Assembly (NCBI GenBank): GCA_965222155.1 | Contig: CBDCTH010000012.1 | Location: 1,248,001 to 1,312,000 of the forward strand | DNA: 64,000 bases | From: Gammaproteobacteria bacterium | GTDB lineage: Bacteria; Pseudomonadota; Gammaproteobacteria; Eutrophobiales; Eutrophobiaceae | Reading direction: 5' to 3' | Part shown: piece after piece, positions 1 to 9,939 of the stretch | Position numbering within the stretch: position 1 is the first letter of the stretch | How the letters are laid out: each line of letters starts with the position of its first letter | Notes under the pieces: model-generated | Databases searched by the model: none | The model's input: the letters and a program-made list of their open reading frames with translations, nothing else | Told to the model about the DNA's origin: nothing | Made by a program: the position numbers and the translations under genes

Positions 1-103
1 GCCCTTTCTCGGCCATGCCGAAGGTAGCGCGCAGCCCGGCGCCGCCGGCTCCCACGACGAGGATATCGTATTCATGTTGAATGAGTTGATAGCTTGCGCT
101 CAT
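1..103 (-). CDS. sdhA: Succinate dehydrogenase flavoprotein subunit, 5' end only (runs off the window)
   Basis: Manual translation [34 protein letters not shown] has the FAD-binding GAGGAG motif; directly downstream of sdhD. Confidence 0.95.
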   Translation of the reverse strand, partial: MSASYQLIQHEYDILVVGAGGAGLRATFGMAEKG

Positions 104-105
104 TG

Positions 106-477
106 TTACAGGCCCAGGTGGATTTTCATTACCGCCAGGACGGAAGCGAGAGCGCACAGCGTTGCCAGGAACCTTACCAGGATAATAGCCGCCGTCTTTT
201 GCCGTTCATTTGCAACGTAGTCTTCGATTACCTCGTGCATACCGGATTGGGCGTGAAAAAACAAAGTGGGAATGAACAGAATGAACAGGATAACGCTGGA
301 CGGAGTTGTAAGCCAATCCCGCACCACGGCATATTCCAGTGACGCCAGCGTGGATAAATCATAGATGAACCATAACGAGAGAGGGAGCAGGGCAACGGCG
401 GAAAGCCGTTGATACCACCAGCGCCGGATACTTTCTCCGGCACTTTCGGTCCCGGGAAACAGGAGTCGCCTGATCAC
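106..477 (-). CDS. sdhD: Succinate dehydrogenase hydrophobic membrane anchor
   Basis: [11 protein letters not shown] and [14 protein letters not shown] motifs, three hydrophobic segments, sdhC-D-A order. Confidence 0.95.
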   Translation of the reverse strand: MIRRLLFPGTESAGESIRRWWYQRLSAVALLPLSLWFIYDLSTLASLEYAVVRDWLTTPSSVILFILFIPTLFFHAQSGMHEVIEDYVANERQKTAAIILVRFLATLCALASVLAVMKIHLGL

Positions 478-854
478 CAGATACTCCCTGCACAGAAGGT
501 CATGATTGTCAGCAAAACCGTGGCAATCACCACCGCATAACCGCTACGATACGTCGTAGTAATTTCCAGTCCCAGGCCCATATCCCAGAATAGATGCCGG
601 ACACCGTTGCAGAGGTGGTAGTACAGCGAAAACACAAAGCCGATGACGACAACCTGGCCGTACCAGGCGGCAACGTGCCGGTTGATTACGGCGTATACCT
701 CCGCGCCCGCGGCAACCGACACCAGCCAGCAGCACAGCAACACGGCGCCTGCACTCAAAAAGACACCCGTGATGCGGTGCGAGATGGACAGCATCGATGT
801 CAACTGCGGCCTGTACTGCAAAAAAGGCGACAGCGGAGTTTGCGAGTTCGTCAT
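474..854 (-). CDS. sdhC: Succinate dehydrogenase cytochrome b556 subunit
   Basis: PLSP, SISHRITG and HLCNGVRHLFWD motifs. Confidence 0.95.
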   Translation of the reverse strand: MTNSQTPLSPFLQYRPQLTSMLSISHRITGVFLSAGAVLLCCWLVSVAAGAEVYAVINRHVAAWYGQVVVIGFVFSLYYHLCNGVRHLFWDMGLGLEITTTYRSGYAVVIATVLLTIMTFCAGSIW

Positions 855-926
855 TTATTCCCCACTTGAAAAAAGGCACATTATACAGAAACCGTACTAT
901 TCTTTGATGCCTGATGTCCTTAATTT

Positions 927-1027
927 CAGCAACTCCTGCTAAATCGATGTCAACAAGACACAGGGGACAGATTTAAATCTGTCCCCCAAGAGTCACTGTA
1001 TTGATCTCGATTTAGCGGGAGCACTTG
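927..1027. mobile_element. MITE, short copy of the CAGNNNTTCCCGCTAA family
   Basis: Imperfect TIRs CAGCAACTCCTGCTAAATCG / CGATTTAGCGGGAGCACTTG; 9-bp flanks CCTTAATTT / CCTTAATTA; internal palindrome at 963-986. Confidence 0.8.
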
Positions 1028-2054
1028 CCTTAATTATATGAGCATACGAAATCCATCCGTAATACAGCGGGAGCTTCTGTCTTAAGTTCATGTCGCCGTC
1101 AGGACCCGACAAATCAAAGGTGACAAAAAGAGGCAGGTGATCCGAATACTCGCCCGCCCCGGTATCAAAAAACGCCTCCGCCTCAAGCAGCAGGCTATCC
1201 ACAGCTTGGTTGTAAATGATGTGATCGATGGCGTATGGGTATTTCCGATTATAAGGCTGCGGATGCTCAACCCCGTGAAGCGCTTTCTCCAGGTCAACGT
1301 ATGCTCCGCCTTTTCCGCCGGATTCCAGCCGTACCCACACCTCGTCGCCCAACTGGTCAAGCTGCCTGTTGAAATCGCCGGCAATGATGAAATCCTGTTG
1401 CAGGCGGGCACGGGCATTGATCCAGGCGGATAACGCGTCAACCTGTCCATGGAGTATGACGCAATCCGGTTTGAGTTGTTTACCTGATATAGCCTGGTAC
1501 GTACATCTCGATTTCAGGTGTATGGAAAGCAGGTGTAGCGGAGGTCGGGCAGGGATGGATCCGGCTTCAACCTGTTCCAGGATGAGATAGACGCCCCAGC
1601 GCCCGGAATCATGCGTTCCCTGTAGTTCCCTGACGTCCGGTTGACGAACCGCCCTCATCCCCAGTCGTTCAGTAATATCTTTGCGAACGGCAAATCCCGT
1701 GCGCTGCATCAACCTGCTCTGAGGGACGTCATAGCAGTCCAGAAATTTCCGGGTCGGCCTTTCCGAAACATGAATATCATAGTCCGAAGCGGGGAACACC
1801 CTCTTTGCCGCGTGCAGGTCTTCCACTTCCTGGAACGCAACTACGTCCGCATTGGCCCGATTCAGGTATTTCCTGATAGCGTCGTATTCAGCAGTATCCC
1901 TTGGTCGGCAGCCCTGCGCGTTATTTGCCGCCAGGTGTTCAATATTCCAGGCGGCCAGGGTAACAGTCGGGTCTGCGGCAATACCTGAGACAGGCGCTAA
2001 TATCAGCAGTATTGTGGTAACCAGCCGGCCTGTCATCAGTCTGTAGCGTTCCAT
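993..2054 (-). CDS. Secreted endonuclease/exonuclease/phosphatase (EEP) family protein
   Basis: Signal peptide; WNIEHL, AFQEV, IHLKS, AGDFNR, IDHI and SDHLP motifs. Confidence 0.9.
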   Translation of the reverse strand: MERYRLMTGRLVTTILLILAPVSGIAADPTVTLAAWNIEHLAANNAQGCRPRDTAEYDAIRKYLNRANADVVAFQEVEDLHAAKRVFPASDYDIHVSERPTRKFLDCYDVPQSRLMQRTGFAVRKDITERLGMRAVRQPDVRELQGTHDSGRWGVYLILEQVEAGSIPARPPLHLLSIHLKSRCTYQAISGKQLKPDCVILHGQVDALSAWINARARLQQDFIIAGDFNRQLDQLGDEVWVRLESGGKGGAYVDLEKALHGVEHPQPYNRKYPYAIDHIIYNQAVDSLLLEAEAFFDTGAGEYSDHLPLFVTFDLSGPDGDMNLRQKLPLYYGWISYAHIIKASAPAKSRSIQ

Positions 2055-2082
2055 GCCGGCACTTCACCAGCAAGACATGAAG

Positions 2083-2244
2083 TCAAAAATCCACACAACG
2101 ACCCTTTCTTTCCCAGTCTCCGTAGCGGGTGGGTTCCGGCCCTTTGGGTCCGCCGATTTCTTCAGCCTTTTTCTCGTTACTGTTTTCTACCGGACGGTCT
2201 TGCTGGGGCTGGATTTGCTGTTTCGTGATTTCTTTTTTGGTCAT
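2083..2244 (-). CDS. DUF1674 / SDHAF4 (Sdh8)-like small protein, 53 aa, absent from the ORF track
   Basis: Manual translation ends EIGGPKGPEPTRYGDWERKGRCVDF*, the family signature; upstream of and co-oriented with sdhCDA. Confidence 0.9.
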   Translation of the reverse strand: MTKKEITKQQIQPQQDRPVENSNEKKAEEIGGPKGPEPTRYGDWERKGRCVDF

Positions 2245-2807
2245 TGACTTATGCTATCAAAATCTACAGTATCCTGATGTTTTGGGAATTTCCATATGCG
2301 GATACGTCTTTCCCGACAGAAAAAACACAGTATGTAAACAATCAAAATGGAATGCAAGCGAAAGGACCGCCAGACATAATCGGCATGGAAGCCCCACTGG
2401 AACTGCCGATTTTCATTCATTACCGGCCCTCAATGAGGGTTGCCGTGTTCAATACCCTGGTGCATTTCGGGGCGATTTTCTGCCTGTTCCTGGCGGAAAT
2501 TCCAGCCACTGTCATGGGATTAATCGGCGCCTGCGTGCTGATCCATTACGGGTTTTACATAAAGCGATTCCTCTCTCCGGAAAACATCTGTTTCAAGCTG
2601 GATAAACACGACCAATGGCAGATATTGAGGGACAACGACGAAGCTGGCGACCTGAGATTACTGCCCGGTCCGCTAGTCCATCCGCAGCTCGTGGTTCTCC
2701 GCTTCAAAGACACAACGGGCCGGACTTATTCCTGTGTGCTGACCCACGACAACCTGGATAAACAGAGCTTGAGACGATTACGCGTCAGACTGCGCTGGCA
2801 GCATTAA
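2244..2807 (+). CDS. YgfX-like small membrane protein (true start probably further downstream)
   Basis: Two hydrophobic segments and a C-terminal D...LRRLRVRLRW pattern typical of YgfX; sdh neighbourhood. Confidence 0.65.
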   Translation: MTYAIKIYSILMFWEFPYADTSFPTEKTQYVNNQNGMQAKGPPDIIGMEAPLELPIFIHYRPSMRVAVFNTLVHFGAIFCLFLAEIPATVMGLIGACVLIHYGFYIKRFLSPENICFKLDKHDQWQILRDNDEAGDLRLLPGPLVHPQLVVLRFKDTTGRTYSCVLTHDNLDKQSLRRLRVRLRWQH

Positions 2808-3064
2808 TCTGGATGGACGTCAATTGAAATTCTAGCCCGGATTTCTCACCAGATGATGCGATGATCGTCGCCTCTGGCAGCATTAATCTGGATGGACGTC
2901 AATTGAAATTCTAGCCCGGATTTCTCACCAGATGATGCGATGATCGTCGCCTCTGGCAGCATTAATCTGGATGGACGTCAATTGAAATTCTAGCCCGGAT
3001 TTCTCACCAGATGATGCGATGATGTCGCCTCCGGGGTCGGGATGATGTCGCCTCCGGGGTCGGA
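2795..3064 (+). repeat. Tandem repeat: three 79-bp units followed by a short (~23-bp) duplication
   Basis: CTGGCAGCATTAATCTGGATGG... starts at 2795, 2874 and 2953; then GATGATGTCGCCTCCGGGGTCGG twice. Confidence 0.9.
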
Positions 3065-3300
3065 CCAACGTAATCTATTGATCTTGTTATATAAAATGTT
3101 GTTTATAGGCCTGATTTAAGGCTTAAAACGCGTTTTTGACGGTGAAAAACATCACTTTAAGACAGAGTAACAGGCTACGATGGTAAGCGACATTTCTTAT
3201 AATGCTCATTTTCATGACAAAAATCGCCCTTTAAGGTTGAAAAAGGCCATATATAGAAGTGTAAATTCAATAAAATCAAATATTTACCCTGGTCCGACCC
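3057..3300. mobile_element. AT-rich MITE-like element with 11-bp TIRs
   Basis: GGGTCGGACCA at 3057-3067 and TGGTCCGACCC at 3290-3300; non-coding AT-rich interior. Confidence 0.55.
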
Positions 3301-3323
3301 TCACAGAACGGGCCGCATCTACG

Positions 3324-4154
3324 TCATCGACGGGCCGTCCTCCAGGCTATCCAGAGTTTTCTGACAGGGGTTAAGGAGATACGGGCGTGGGTGATTGACA
3401 CAGGGCTGGATTGATATTCCCGGCACAGGGCGCTCAGTATTTTCAGCATGGTCCGGGAAAACAGCAGTTCGTGTGCTTTTTCTCCCGGCAGGTTAGTCAG
3501 GCAGGTCTGTACTTCGTTCTGTATCAGTTCAAATACTTCTGTGAAGAATGCTGTTCCGGCGTCACCGGACTCTGGTTGAATGATTGTTTCCAGGTTGAGG
3601 TTATGTTTGGACAGTAGTTCAGCGGGGAGTATGTTGAGGCCGAGTCTGGCGAAGTGTCTGACGTGGTGGAGCAGTTCAAATGCGCCGTAACAGCAACCTG
3701 CAGTGGCCAGGGTGGCCAGCCTGGCCTGGTTTGTACAGCCGCAGGCCTGGCCTGCGGCTTTCCAGATGTTGCCGGAGGTGGCGTTATGCTGTTCCAGCCA
3801 GTCGCGGTAGGCGTCGGCATCCGACGCGTCAAGCATCTGCGCCATTGTCGCAACACAACCCATCATTTCCTGTTGAGACAGATAGTCAGCGCTATCGAGT
3901 TGGGACAATTCCTGGGTGACGGGGTGCTTCGGCTCGCCGGAAAACAGCCTGCCGATCTCTTCAAACCACCAGTACAGGGTGACACGTGCTGCGCCGGGGT
4001 CTGATGACGAATAGACCACCTCGCTGAGTTCCTGGTGAAAAGCAAACAGGGCGTGCAGTTTCCGCTTGCCTGGTGGGTCATGATACAAGGTCGAGTAATA
4101 CAGGTTGGAACCGGCAGGGGCGGCTTTATTGCGACAGTATTGGTCCGGCGTCAT
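3324..4154 (-). CDS. Squalene/phytoene synthase family protein (HpnD-like)
   Basis: MTPDQYCRNKAAP.GSNLYYS, W.EEI.R.F.GEP.HPVT and LTPVRKLWIAWR; usual position after gph. Confidence 0.85.
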   Translation of the reverse strand: MTPDQYCRNKAAPAGSNLYYSTLYHDPPGKRKLHALFAFHQELSEVVYSSSDPGAARVTLYWWFEEIGRLFSGEPKHPVTQELSQLDSADYLSQQEMMGCVATMAQMLDASDADAYRDWLEQHNATSGNIWKAAGQACGCTNQARLATLATAGCCYGAFELLHHVRHFARLGLNILPAELLSKHNLNLETIIQPESGDAGTAFFTEVFELIQNEVQTCLTNLPGEKAHELLFSRTMLKILSALCREYQSSPVSITHARISLTPVRKLWIAWRTARR

Positions 4155-4861
4155 CAGCCGTCAGCCTGAACCCAGGACAGAATTTCTTCCGGGCTATCTA
4201 CCAGACCGTCGGCGCCCCAGTTTTCCGGGTTCTCAGTCTTATCGATATATCCGTAAGCAGCCACCAGGGTCGTCATCCCGGCGTTTGCTCCTGCTTCGAT
4301 GTCACGCCGCGCATCCCCCACATACAAGGTCTCTTCCGGCCTGCACTGCAATAGTTCACAGGCATGGAACAACGGCGCGGGATGAGGTTTGCGGTACTCC
4401 AGCGTGTCGCCCGAGACGATGCAATCGGTGCGCGTGTCCAGTTGCAGCATCTGCATGAGCGGGTTGGTCAGCCAGCCGGGTTTATTGGTGACGATGCCCC
4501 AGCAGGCATTTATCTCTTCCAGTCTGGCCAGTACCTGCTCCATCCCCGGGAACAGGTGGCTGTGGTTAGAGAGGTTGTCCCGGTATATTGCCAGGAACTC
4601 ATTACGCAACGGGGTAAAATCCGGGTCGGTCTCATCCAGGCCGAACCCCAACTTTATCATTGACACACCTCCCAGGGAAACACTGGGTCGGATCGCCTCA
4701 AACGCTAATGGTTTCCTGCCGTGATTGACAAGGGTCTGGTTCAGCGCATTAGCCAGGTCAGGAGCGGTGTCCACCAGGGTACCGTCCAGATCAAACAGGA
4801 CATGTTTGACGCTATTGTTCATGTGCCTGTTGGTAGAGTTATGGTGAATACCGGTAATCAA
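4154..4861 (-). CDS. gph: HAD phosphatase (phosphoglycolate phosphatase / MupP-like)
   Basis: FDLDGTLVDT, KPHP and YVGD..RDIEAG motifs; follows ubiG. Confidence 0.9.
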   Translation of the reverse strand: MITGIHHNSTNRHMNNSVKHVLFDLDGTLVDTAPDLANALNQTLVNHGRKPLAFEAIRPSVSLGGVSMIKLGFGLDETDPDFTPLRNEFLAIYRDNLSNHSHLFPGMEQVLARLEEINACWGIVTNKPGWLTNPLMQMLQLDTRTDCIVSGDTLEYRKPHPAPLFHACELLQCRPEETLYVGDARRDIEAGANAGMTTLVAAYGYIDKTENPENWGADGLVDSPEEILSWVQADG

Positions 4862-5568
4862 TCTGTGAGCTGTGCATGAAGCAGGTAGTTAATACCGGGA
4901 TCATTGGTCAATGAGCAGTACCTGAGACCGGGGATGTAAAGCATTCCCCTGATATCCATCACCCTGAAATTCGCCTTGCGCAACCAGCGATCCAACTCCG
5001 ACGGGCGGATGAAGCCGGCGTAGTCATGGGTGCCTTTGGCGAGCAGGCCGAACAATCGTTCGGCGCCTATAACTGCGCCTAGATAGGATTTCAGGTTACG
5101 GTTGATGGTTGCCAGGATCAGGTGGCCGCCGGGCCGTAATAAACGGGCGCAGGTAAGCAGGAGCGCTTCCGGGTCAGGCACGTGCTCGAGTAATTCCATG
5201 CAGGTCAGAATGTCAAAATTGTTGGAATTATCCGTGGCGAAATCCTCCAGTCGGGCAGCGCTATATTCGATCTTCAGGCTGTTTTCCCGTGCATGTTGTC
5301 TGGCGACCCGGATTACTGCTTCGCCAGCGTCAAGGCCCTGAACCTGCGCACCCGCGCGCGCCAGCGCTTCCGTCAGAATGCCGCCTCCACAGCCAATGTC
5401 GAGCACGCGCCTGCCATCGAGCGGCACATTGTCAGTGATATAGTTTAATCGAATCGGATTTATGTCGTGCAGAGTTTGCAACGGGCCGCCACTATCCCAC
5501 CAATCATGCGCCAGTCGGCTGAATTTATCTACCTCATCCGGGTTGATATTGTCCTGATGGTTATTCAT
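4858..5568 (-). CDS. ubiG: Ubiquinone biosynthesis O-methyltransferase
   Basis: EVDKF...WWD..G...LH.INP.RL, LDIGCGGG and CMELLEHVPDP. Confidence 0.95.
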   Translation of the reverse strand: MNNHQDNINPDEVDKFSRLAHDWWDSGGPLQTLHDINPIRLNYITDNVPLDGRRVLDIGCGGGILTEALARAGAQVQGLDAGEAVIRVARQHARENSLKIEYSAARLEDFATDNSNNFDILTCMELLEHVPDPEALLLTCARLLRPGGHLILATINRNLKSYLGAVIGAERLFGLLAKGTHDYAGFIRPSELDRWLRKANFRVMDIRGMLYIPGLRYCSLTNDPGINYLLHAQLTD

Positions 5569-5685
5569 GAAGAAAGGATAACGTGAATCTTGTAGAATCT
5601 GATTGTCTTATTCCTTGTCTTATTCCTTTGCCTGTTTGATTAATAAGTGATAATTTATTACAGAGCAACTGAGGTGTGATGAATT

Positions 5686-6912
5686 ATGGCGTCTATTCTA
5701 AATGATCGTGCAAGCGAGCCACAAGAGGTTCCGGCAGATACGCACACGACAGATGAAAATGTAAAAAAATCACAGCTGCGCAAAGAAGAGCGGTTGCTGG
5801 AGTTTATCTCCCGGCGTTTCAGAGAAAGCGCAGTCGGTTTTGAAGTGATACTTCGGGATGGAACTATACACAGCATAGGTGCGGGCTCGCCGCGCTTCAA
5901 AATAAAGATAACCCACCCCAAAGGTATCCGGGCTCTTGCTTCTTTTGATGAAGGGATTGTCGCGAATGCCTATATCAACGGCTGGTTCGACATCCAGGGC
6001 GATATCATTGCAATGTATGACTTGCGCGGGTATTTTCAGGATAGACACCTGTTCAGATGGTTTTGGCGTTTCATAGCGCCGGTGCTGCTAGGGCAGGTCG
6101 CGGTCAATAAATCGGCAATAAGCCGTCATTACGAACGAGACCATTCATTTTACCTTTCATTCCTGGACGAAGAATTCCGTTGTTACACCCAGGGAGTGTT
6201 CAAATCACCTGATGAACCGCTCTCGGTAGCGATACGCCGGAAAATGGATTTTATTCTTAAACAATGCAAGATGACACCCGGTAGTGAAGTACTGGATATC
6301 GGTGTCGGTTGGGGTTCGTTTGCGGAATACGCAGCACGCAAAGGCATAAAGGTGACCGGCCTTACCATTGCCGAGCAGTCATTTAAGTTCATGCAGCAAC
6401 TGACTGCAGAGCAGGATCTACCGATAACCACCAAGTTGATGGACGTCTTGGAGTACAAACCTAAAAAACAGTTCGATGCCATTACCATATTGGGTGTGAT
6501 GGAACACCTACCCAACTATAGTGAGGTACTCAAGTGTTTTAATCGGTTGCTCAAACCAGGTGGTTACGTATTTCTCGACGCCAGCGCCATACCCCGGAAA
6601 TACGAGATTTCATCCTTTGTTTCACAACACATATACCCCGGTAACCATTCCTTCTTCGTGCTTCACGACTTCCTGAAATCATTGGCCTCCATGCCGTTTG
6701 ATTTGAAAGGCGTATGGGATGACAGGCACAGCTACTACCTGACTTTTGTCCATTGGGCGCAGCGTTTCGATAACAACCGGGAATTCATTATCAAAAAATT
6801 CGGTGAGGCAGATTACCGGCGTTTCCGGTTATACCTGTGGGGGTCGGCAAACTGCTTCCTGCGCAACCGTCTGCAATGCTACCGCCTGGTGCTGCAAAAG
6901 CAGATGATGTAG
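5686..6912 (+). CDS. cfa: Cyclopropane-fatty-acyl-phospholipid synthase family methyltransferase
   Basis: HY.....FY..FLD, VLDIGVGWG, GVMEH and RRFRLYL motifs. Confidence 0.85.
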   Translation: MASILNDRASEPQEVPADTHTTDENVKKSQLRKEERLLEFISRRFRESAVGFEVILRDGTIHSIGAGSPRFKIKITHPKGIRALASFDEGIVANAYINGWFDIQGDIIAMYDLRGYFQDRHLFRWFWRFIAPVLLGQVAVNKSAISRHYERDHSFYLSFLDEEFRCYTQGVFKSPDEPLSVAIRRKMDFILKQCKMTPGSEVLDIGVGWGSFAEYAARKGIKVTGLTIAEQSFKFMQQLTAEQDLPITTKLMDVLEYKPKKQFDAITILGVMEHLPNYSEVLKCFNRLLKPGGYVFLDASAIPRKYEISSFVSQHIYPGNHSFFVLHDFLKSLASMPFDLKGVWDDRHSYYLTFVHWAQRFDNNREFIIKKFGEADYRRFRLYLWGSANCFLRNRLQCYRLVLQKQMM

Positions 6913-6973
6913 AGACGCTATTGTATATACCTACTATCGCTAATTTAAGTTATCCCGGATAAAAAACAGGAAA

Positions 6974-7039
6974 GCCACAGAGAACACAGAGAAAAACAGG
7001 TTTGTCAACCTTCTCGGTCCACTCTGTGATCTCTGTGGC
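6974..7039. repeat. Inverted REP-like pair between convergent genes (possible terminator)
   Basis: GCCACAGAGAACACAGAG ... CTCTGTGATCTCTGTGGC. Confidence 0.6.
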
Positions 7040-7065
7040 AAAACAACTCTGCAGATTGATCCAGA

Positions 7066-7722
7066 CTACAAGTTTTTGAGCAGGATACCGCCTCGTTTTT
7101 TGAATCTTTCCGTCGCCAGCTCGGTAAAACGGTCGATGATACTGCCCTGCACCGATGGCCGGGCCAGGATGGCGTCACTCCAGGCCAGCACACGGCTGCA
7201 CCCCGGCGGGATCACATCATCGAGCGCCTGCTTCAACAGGTATTCTATGCGGATAAAAACGGGCGCATAGGCCGCGTCGATCAATGAGAATGCCGCGCCG
7301 TTGAAAAAGGGAGCGGCCGTCAGGTTTTTGTCCAGAAACTCGAATTTGTCCCTCAAGGCCTGTAACGATTGCTCCAGGATGTCCTCGTCGTCCGTAACCA
7401 CCATCCTGAATGACAGGTTGGATAATTCCGAACCGAACTCTATCCATGCCCGGTTTACGGCCTTTTGCAATGGCTCTTCCGGGTGCATGGACGGGGGGGT
7501 AATTTCATCCAGATATTCGTTTATGACTGCCGATTCAAACAGGATGTTGCCGTCTATTTTCAGTACGGGCACTTTCCCCAGGGGCGAGATCCGTAAAAAC
7601 CAGTCAGGCTTATTGGCCAGGTCTATATTGGTCCGCTTATACGGAATATCCTTTTCCAGCAAGGTAATGACCGAGCGCTGCACAAACGGACACAGATCGA
7701 AACTGATCAACTCAATTTCCAT
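7066..7722 (-). CDS. Glutathione S-transferase family protein
   Basis: CPFVQR, SPLGKVPVL and FESAVINEYLDE. Confidence 0.93.
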   Translation of the reverse strand: MEIELISFDLCPFVQRSVITLLEKDIPYKRTNIDLANKPDWFLRISPLGKVPVLKIDGNILFESAVINEYLDEITPPSMHPEEPLQKAVNRAWIEFGSELSNLSFRMVVTDDEDILEQSLQALRDKFEFLDKNLTAAPFFNGAAFSLIDAAYAPVFIRIEYLLKQALDDVIPPGCSRVLAWSDAILARPSVQGSIIDRFTELATERFKKRGGILLKNL

Positions 7723-7824
7723 AGGAAAAAACCAGTGATCAACTACCCGAATACGGATTCGGGATGATGTGCTCTTCAGCTTCTGAACTCATCATTGTCT
7801 GCGGCAGTGATCAACAAGTGTGAG

Positions 7825-8091
7825 TTAGCGGCGTTTTTTTACCCTCTTTCCCCGGGGTTCCTGGAAGTTGACGCGCAGGAACTTACCCTGATACATCTTG
7901 CCGTTCAACCCTTGAATCGCTGCCCTGGCTTCGTGCCCTTCCATATCGATAAAACCAAATCCCTTGCATTTGCCGGAAAAAACATCAGTAGCAAGCTGAA
8001 TGCCCCTGACTTTTCCGTACTCCGAGAATAGTTCAGTCAGGGCGGCTTCGGTCGTTTCCATAGGCAGACTTCCAACAAACATTCTTTTCAA
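7825..8091 (-). CDS. RRM-domain RNA-binding protein
   Basis: RNP2-like MFVGSL and RNP1 KGFGFIDM. Confidence 0.9.
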   Translation of the reverse strand: MKRMFVGSLPMETTEAALTELFSEYGKVRGIQLATDVFSGKCKGFGFIDMEGHEARAAIQGLNGKMYQGKFLRVNFQEPRGKRVKKRR

Positions 8092-8162
8092 AGCAATATC
8101 CTTAATCCAGAGGTCTGGATTGTTGTTGTGAAATAAGAATTACCTGATTACAGGCAATTCGA

Positions 8163-8366
8163 CTAATTAAGTTGAACGTTAACGGCTTGATCGCCTTTTG
8201 CGCCAGCCTTTTTATCAAACGAAACTTTCTGGCCTTCGCCTAAAGTCCTGAAGCCTTCTGCCTGTATAGCAGAAAAGTGGACAAAAACGTCAGCAGTCCC
8301 ATCATCGGGCGTGATAAATCCATATCCTTTAGTTTCATTAAACCATTTAACAGTACCAGTTGCCAT
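8163..8366 (-). CDS. Cold-shock protein (CspA family)
   Basis: [15 protein letters not shown]...DVFVHFSAI. Confidence 0.97.
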   Translation of the reverse strand: MATGTVKWFNETKGYGFITPDDGTADVFVHFSAIQAEGFRTLGEGQKVSFDKKAGAKGDQAVNVQLN

Positions 8367-8728
8367 ATATCACCTCATGCAAATATTAAAAAATCCCTGA
8401 ATAATTCCAGCCCGGAATTTCCAGAACATGAAAATCGAAAACTCGGGTTTTTGATTTTCTCGCATGTTCAATCATATTATGAATGAACACGATGGCGCAT
8501 CCCTATGCCGCAGTAAACTCTGAATGAATAAGAGTTCACTGGTGTCCCATGTGTTGCAAATTCAATAAGGTAATACAGGAAAAACCAACCGGAATTACTG
8601 AATTGACCAGAGAATATATGCAAACTACGTGTATAGTGTGTACGAAAATAGCGAAAATGGCAATAATAATCAACATAATAATCAAGTCTTTTCAACTAAC
8701 AGACCTTATAACGCACCATTGAACGCAT

Positions 8729-9226
8729 TTGCCGACCAAAAAAATCAGGACGCACACCATGAGTATCGAAAAATCCGGTGAGAATGATATGCTGAAACGC
8801 ATCTTCAGGATGCAGGCCGAACTGAACGATTACGTATTCAAAAAGAATAATCTCAAGGATGCTTCGGGGAATATCCTGGCCATGGATACCATTTACTCAG
8901 AAATCAGTAATGGCGCCCTCAAGGTGAATGACCTGCCCAATACATGGCTGTCAAACTATTCCAGGGCAATGCGTGAGGAGACACTGGAGCTTGATGAAGA
9001 GTTATTATGGAAATGGTGGAGCAAGGATGAGATTGACATACAGAATATCCGGGTTGAATTAATCGATATATTACATTTTCTTGTCTCCGCACTGATATGC
9101 TCAGGTCTTACGCCGGAAAAAGTGTACGAAATTTATTGCCAGAAACACGCGGTCAACCTGAACAGGCAGGACAGCGGTTACAATAAGGCAACGAAAAGTG
9201 AAGAGGACAATAAGAATATAGGCTAG
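8729..9226 (+). CDS. Dimeric all-alpha dUTPase family protein
   Basis: WKWWSK, VELIDILHF and Y..K..VN..RQ.SGY motifs. Confidence 0.85.
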   Translation: MPTKKIRTHTMSIEKSGENDMLKRIFRMQAELNDYVFKKNNLKDASGNILAMDTIYSEISNGALKVNDLPNTWLSNYSRAMREETLELDEELLWKWWSKDEIDIQNIRVELIDILHFLVSALICSGLTPEKVYEIYCQKHAVNLNRQDSGYNKATKSEEDNKNIG

Positions 9227-9238
9227 GGCTTTCGGGAA

Positions 9239-9697
9239 ATGCGTTGGAACGGGGATTGCGGGCGAGGCGGCTGTTTTGTATTGTTGCTTCTCACAACTGT
9301 GGTATGTATTGGCCAGACCCATTTCAAGTCAGGTTCACTGACGATAAATACGAAATATGACAACCTGTATTACCGGGTTGAGGTTGCCGATAACGCACGA
9401 TCAAAAAGCATCGGCCTGATGTACCGGTCAACGTTACCGGCAAACCAGGGAATGTTGTTGCTTAACGAAAAACCGCAACAGTTGAATATCTGGATGAAGA
9501 ATACTTTTATCCCGCTTGATATAATCTATATCGATACGAATGGATACATAGTCAAGATCGTTGAGAACGCACAGCCGGAATCCACTGAGGTGATGCCGTC
9601 TGACGGCAGGGTCCAGGCCGTCCTGGAGCTGAATGCCGGGCAGGTACAAAAACGGGATATCGCCATTGGCGATCGCGTAACCTACCAGGTACATTAA
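9239..9697 (+). CDS. DUF192 family protein
   Basis: VEVAD...GLMYR, WMKNTFIPLDII and VLELNAG. Confidence 0.9.
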   Translation: MRWNGDCGRGGCFVLLLLTTVVCIGQTHFKSGSLTINTKYDNLYYRVEVADNARSKSIGLMYRSTLPANQGMLLLNEKPQQLNIWMKNTFIPLDIIYIDTNGYIVKIVENAQPESTEVMPSDGRVQAVLELNAGQVQKRDIAIGDRVTYQVH

Positions 9698-9729
9698 ATC
9701 GCACGCTGCCATGGGGATCACAAGGCTTG

Positions 9730-9905
9730 CAGGTGCTCCCGCTAACTCGAAGTCAATACAGTGATTCTTGCCGGATTCGAAGACAGCGGGGACAGATTTA
9801 AATCTGTCCCCCAGGAGTCACGGGCATTTTCCCCTGGGAGCGAGGGCGTCTCGCCCTCCACGAGAGCAGGATGCCCTAGCTCCCGGGAGTTAGCGGGAAC
9901 TGCTG
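9730..9905. mobile_element. MITE, CAGNNNTTCCCGCTAA family
   Basis: TIRs CAGGTGCTCCCGCTAACTC / GAGTTAGCGGGAACTGCTG; 9-bp flanks CAAGGCTTG / CAAGGTTTG; an inverted homolog lies at 25863-26030. Confidence 0.88.
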
Positions 9906-9939
9906 CAAGGTTTGTACTCGCTGATACATAAATCACAAC

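Noticed and set aside
2795-3064. CRISPR array
   Set aside because: The units are contiguous near-identical 79-mers with no unique spacers, and no cas genes are present.
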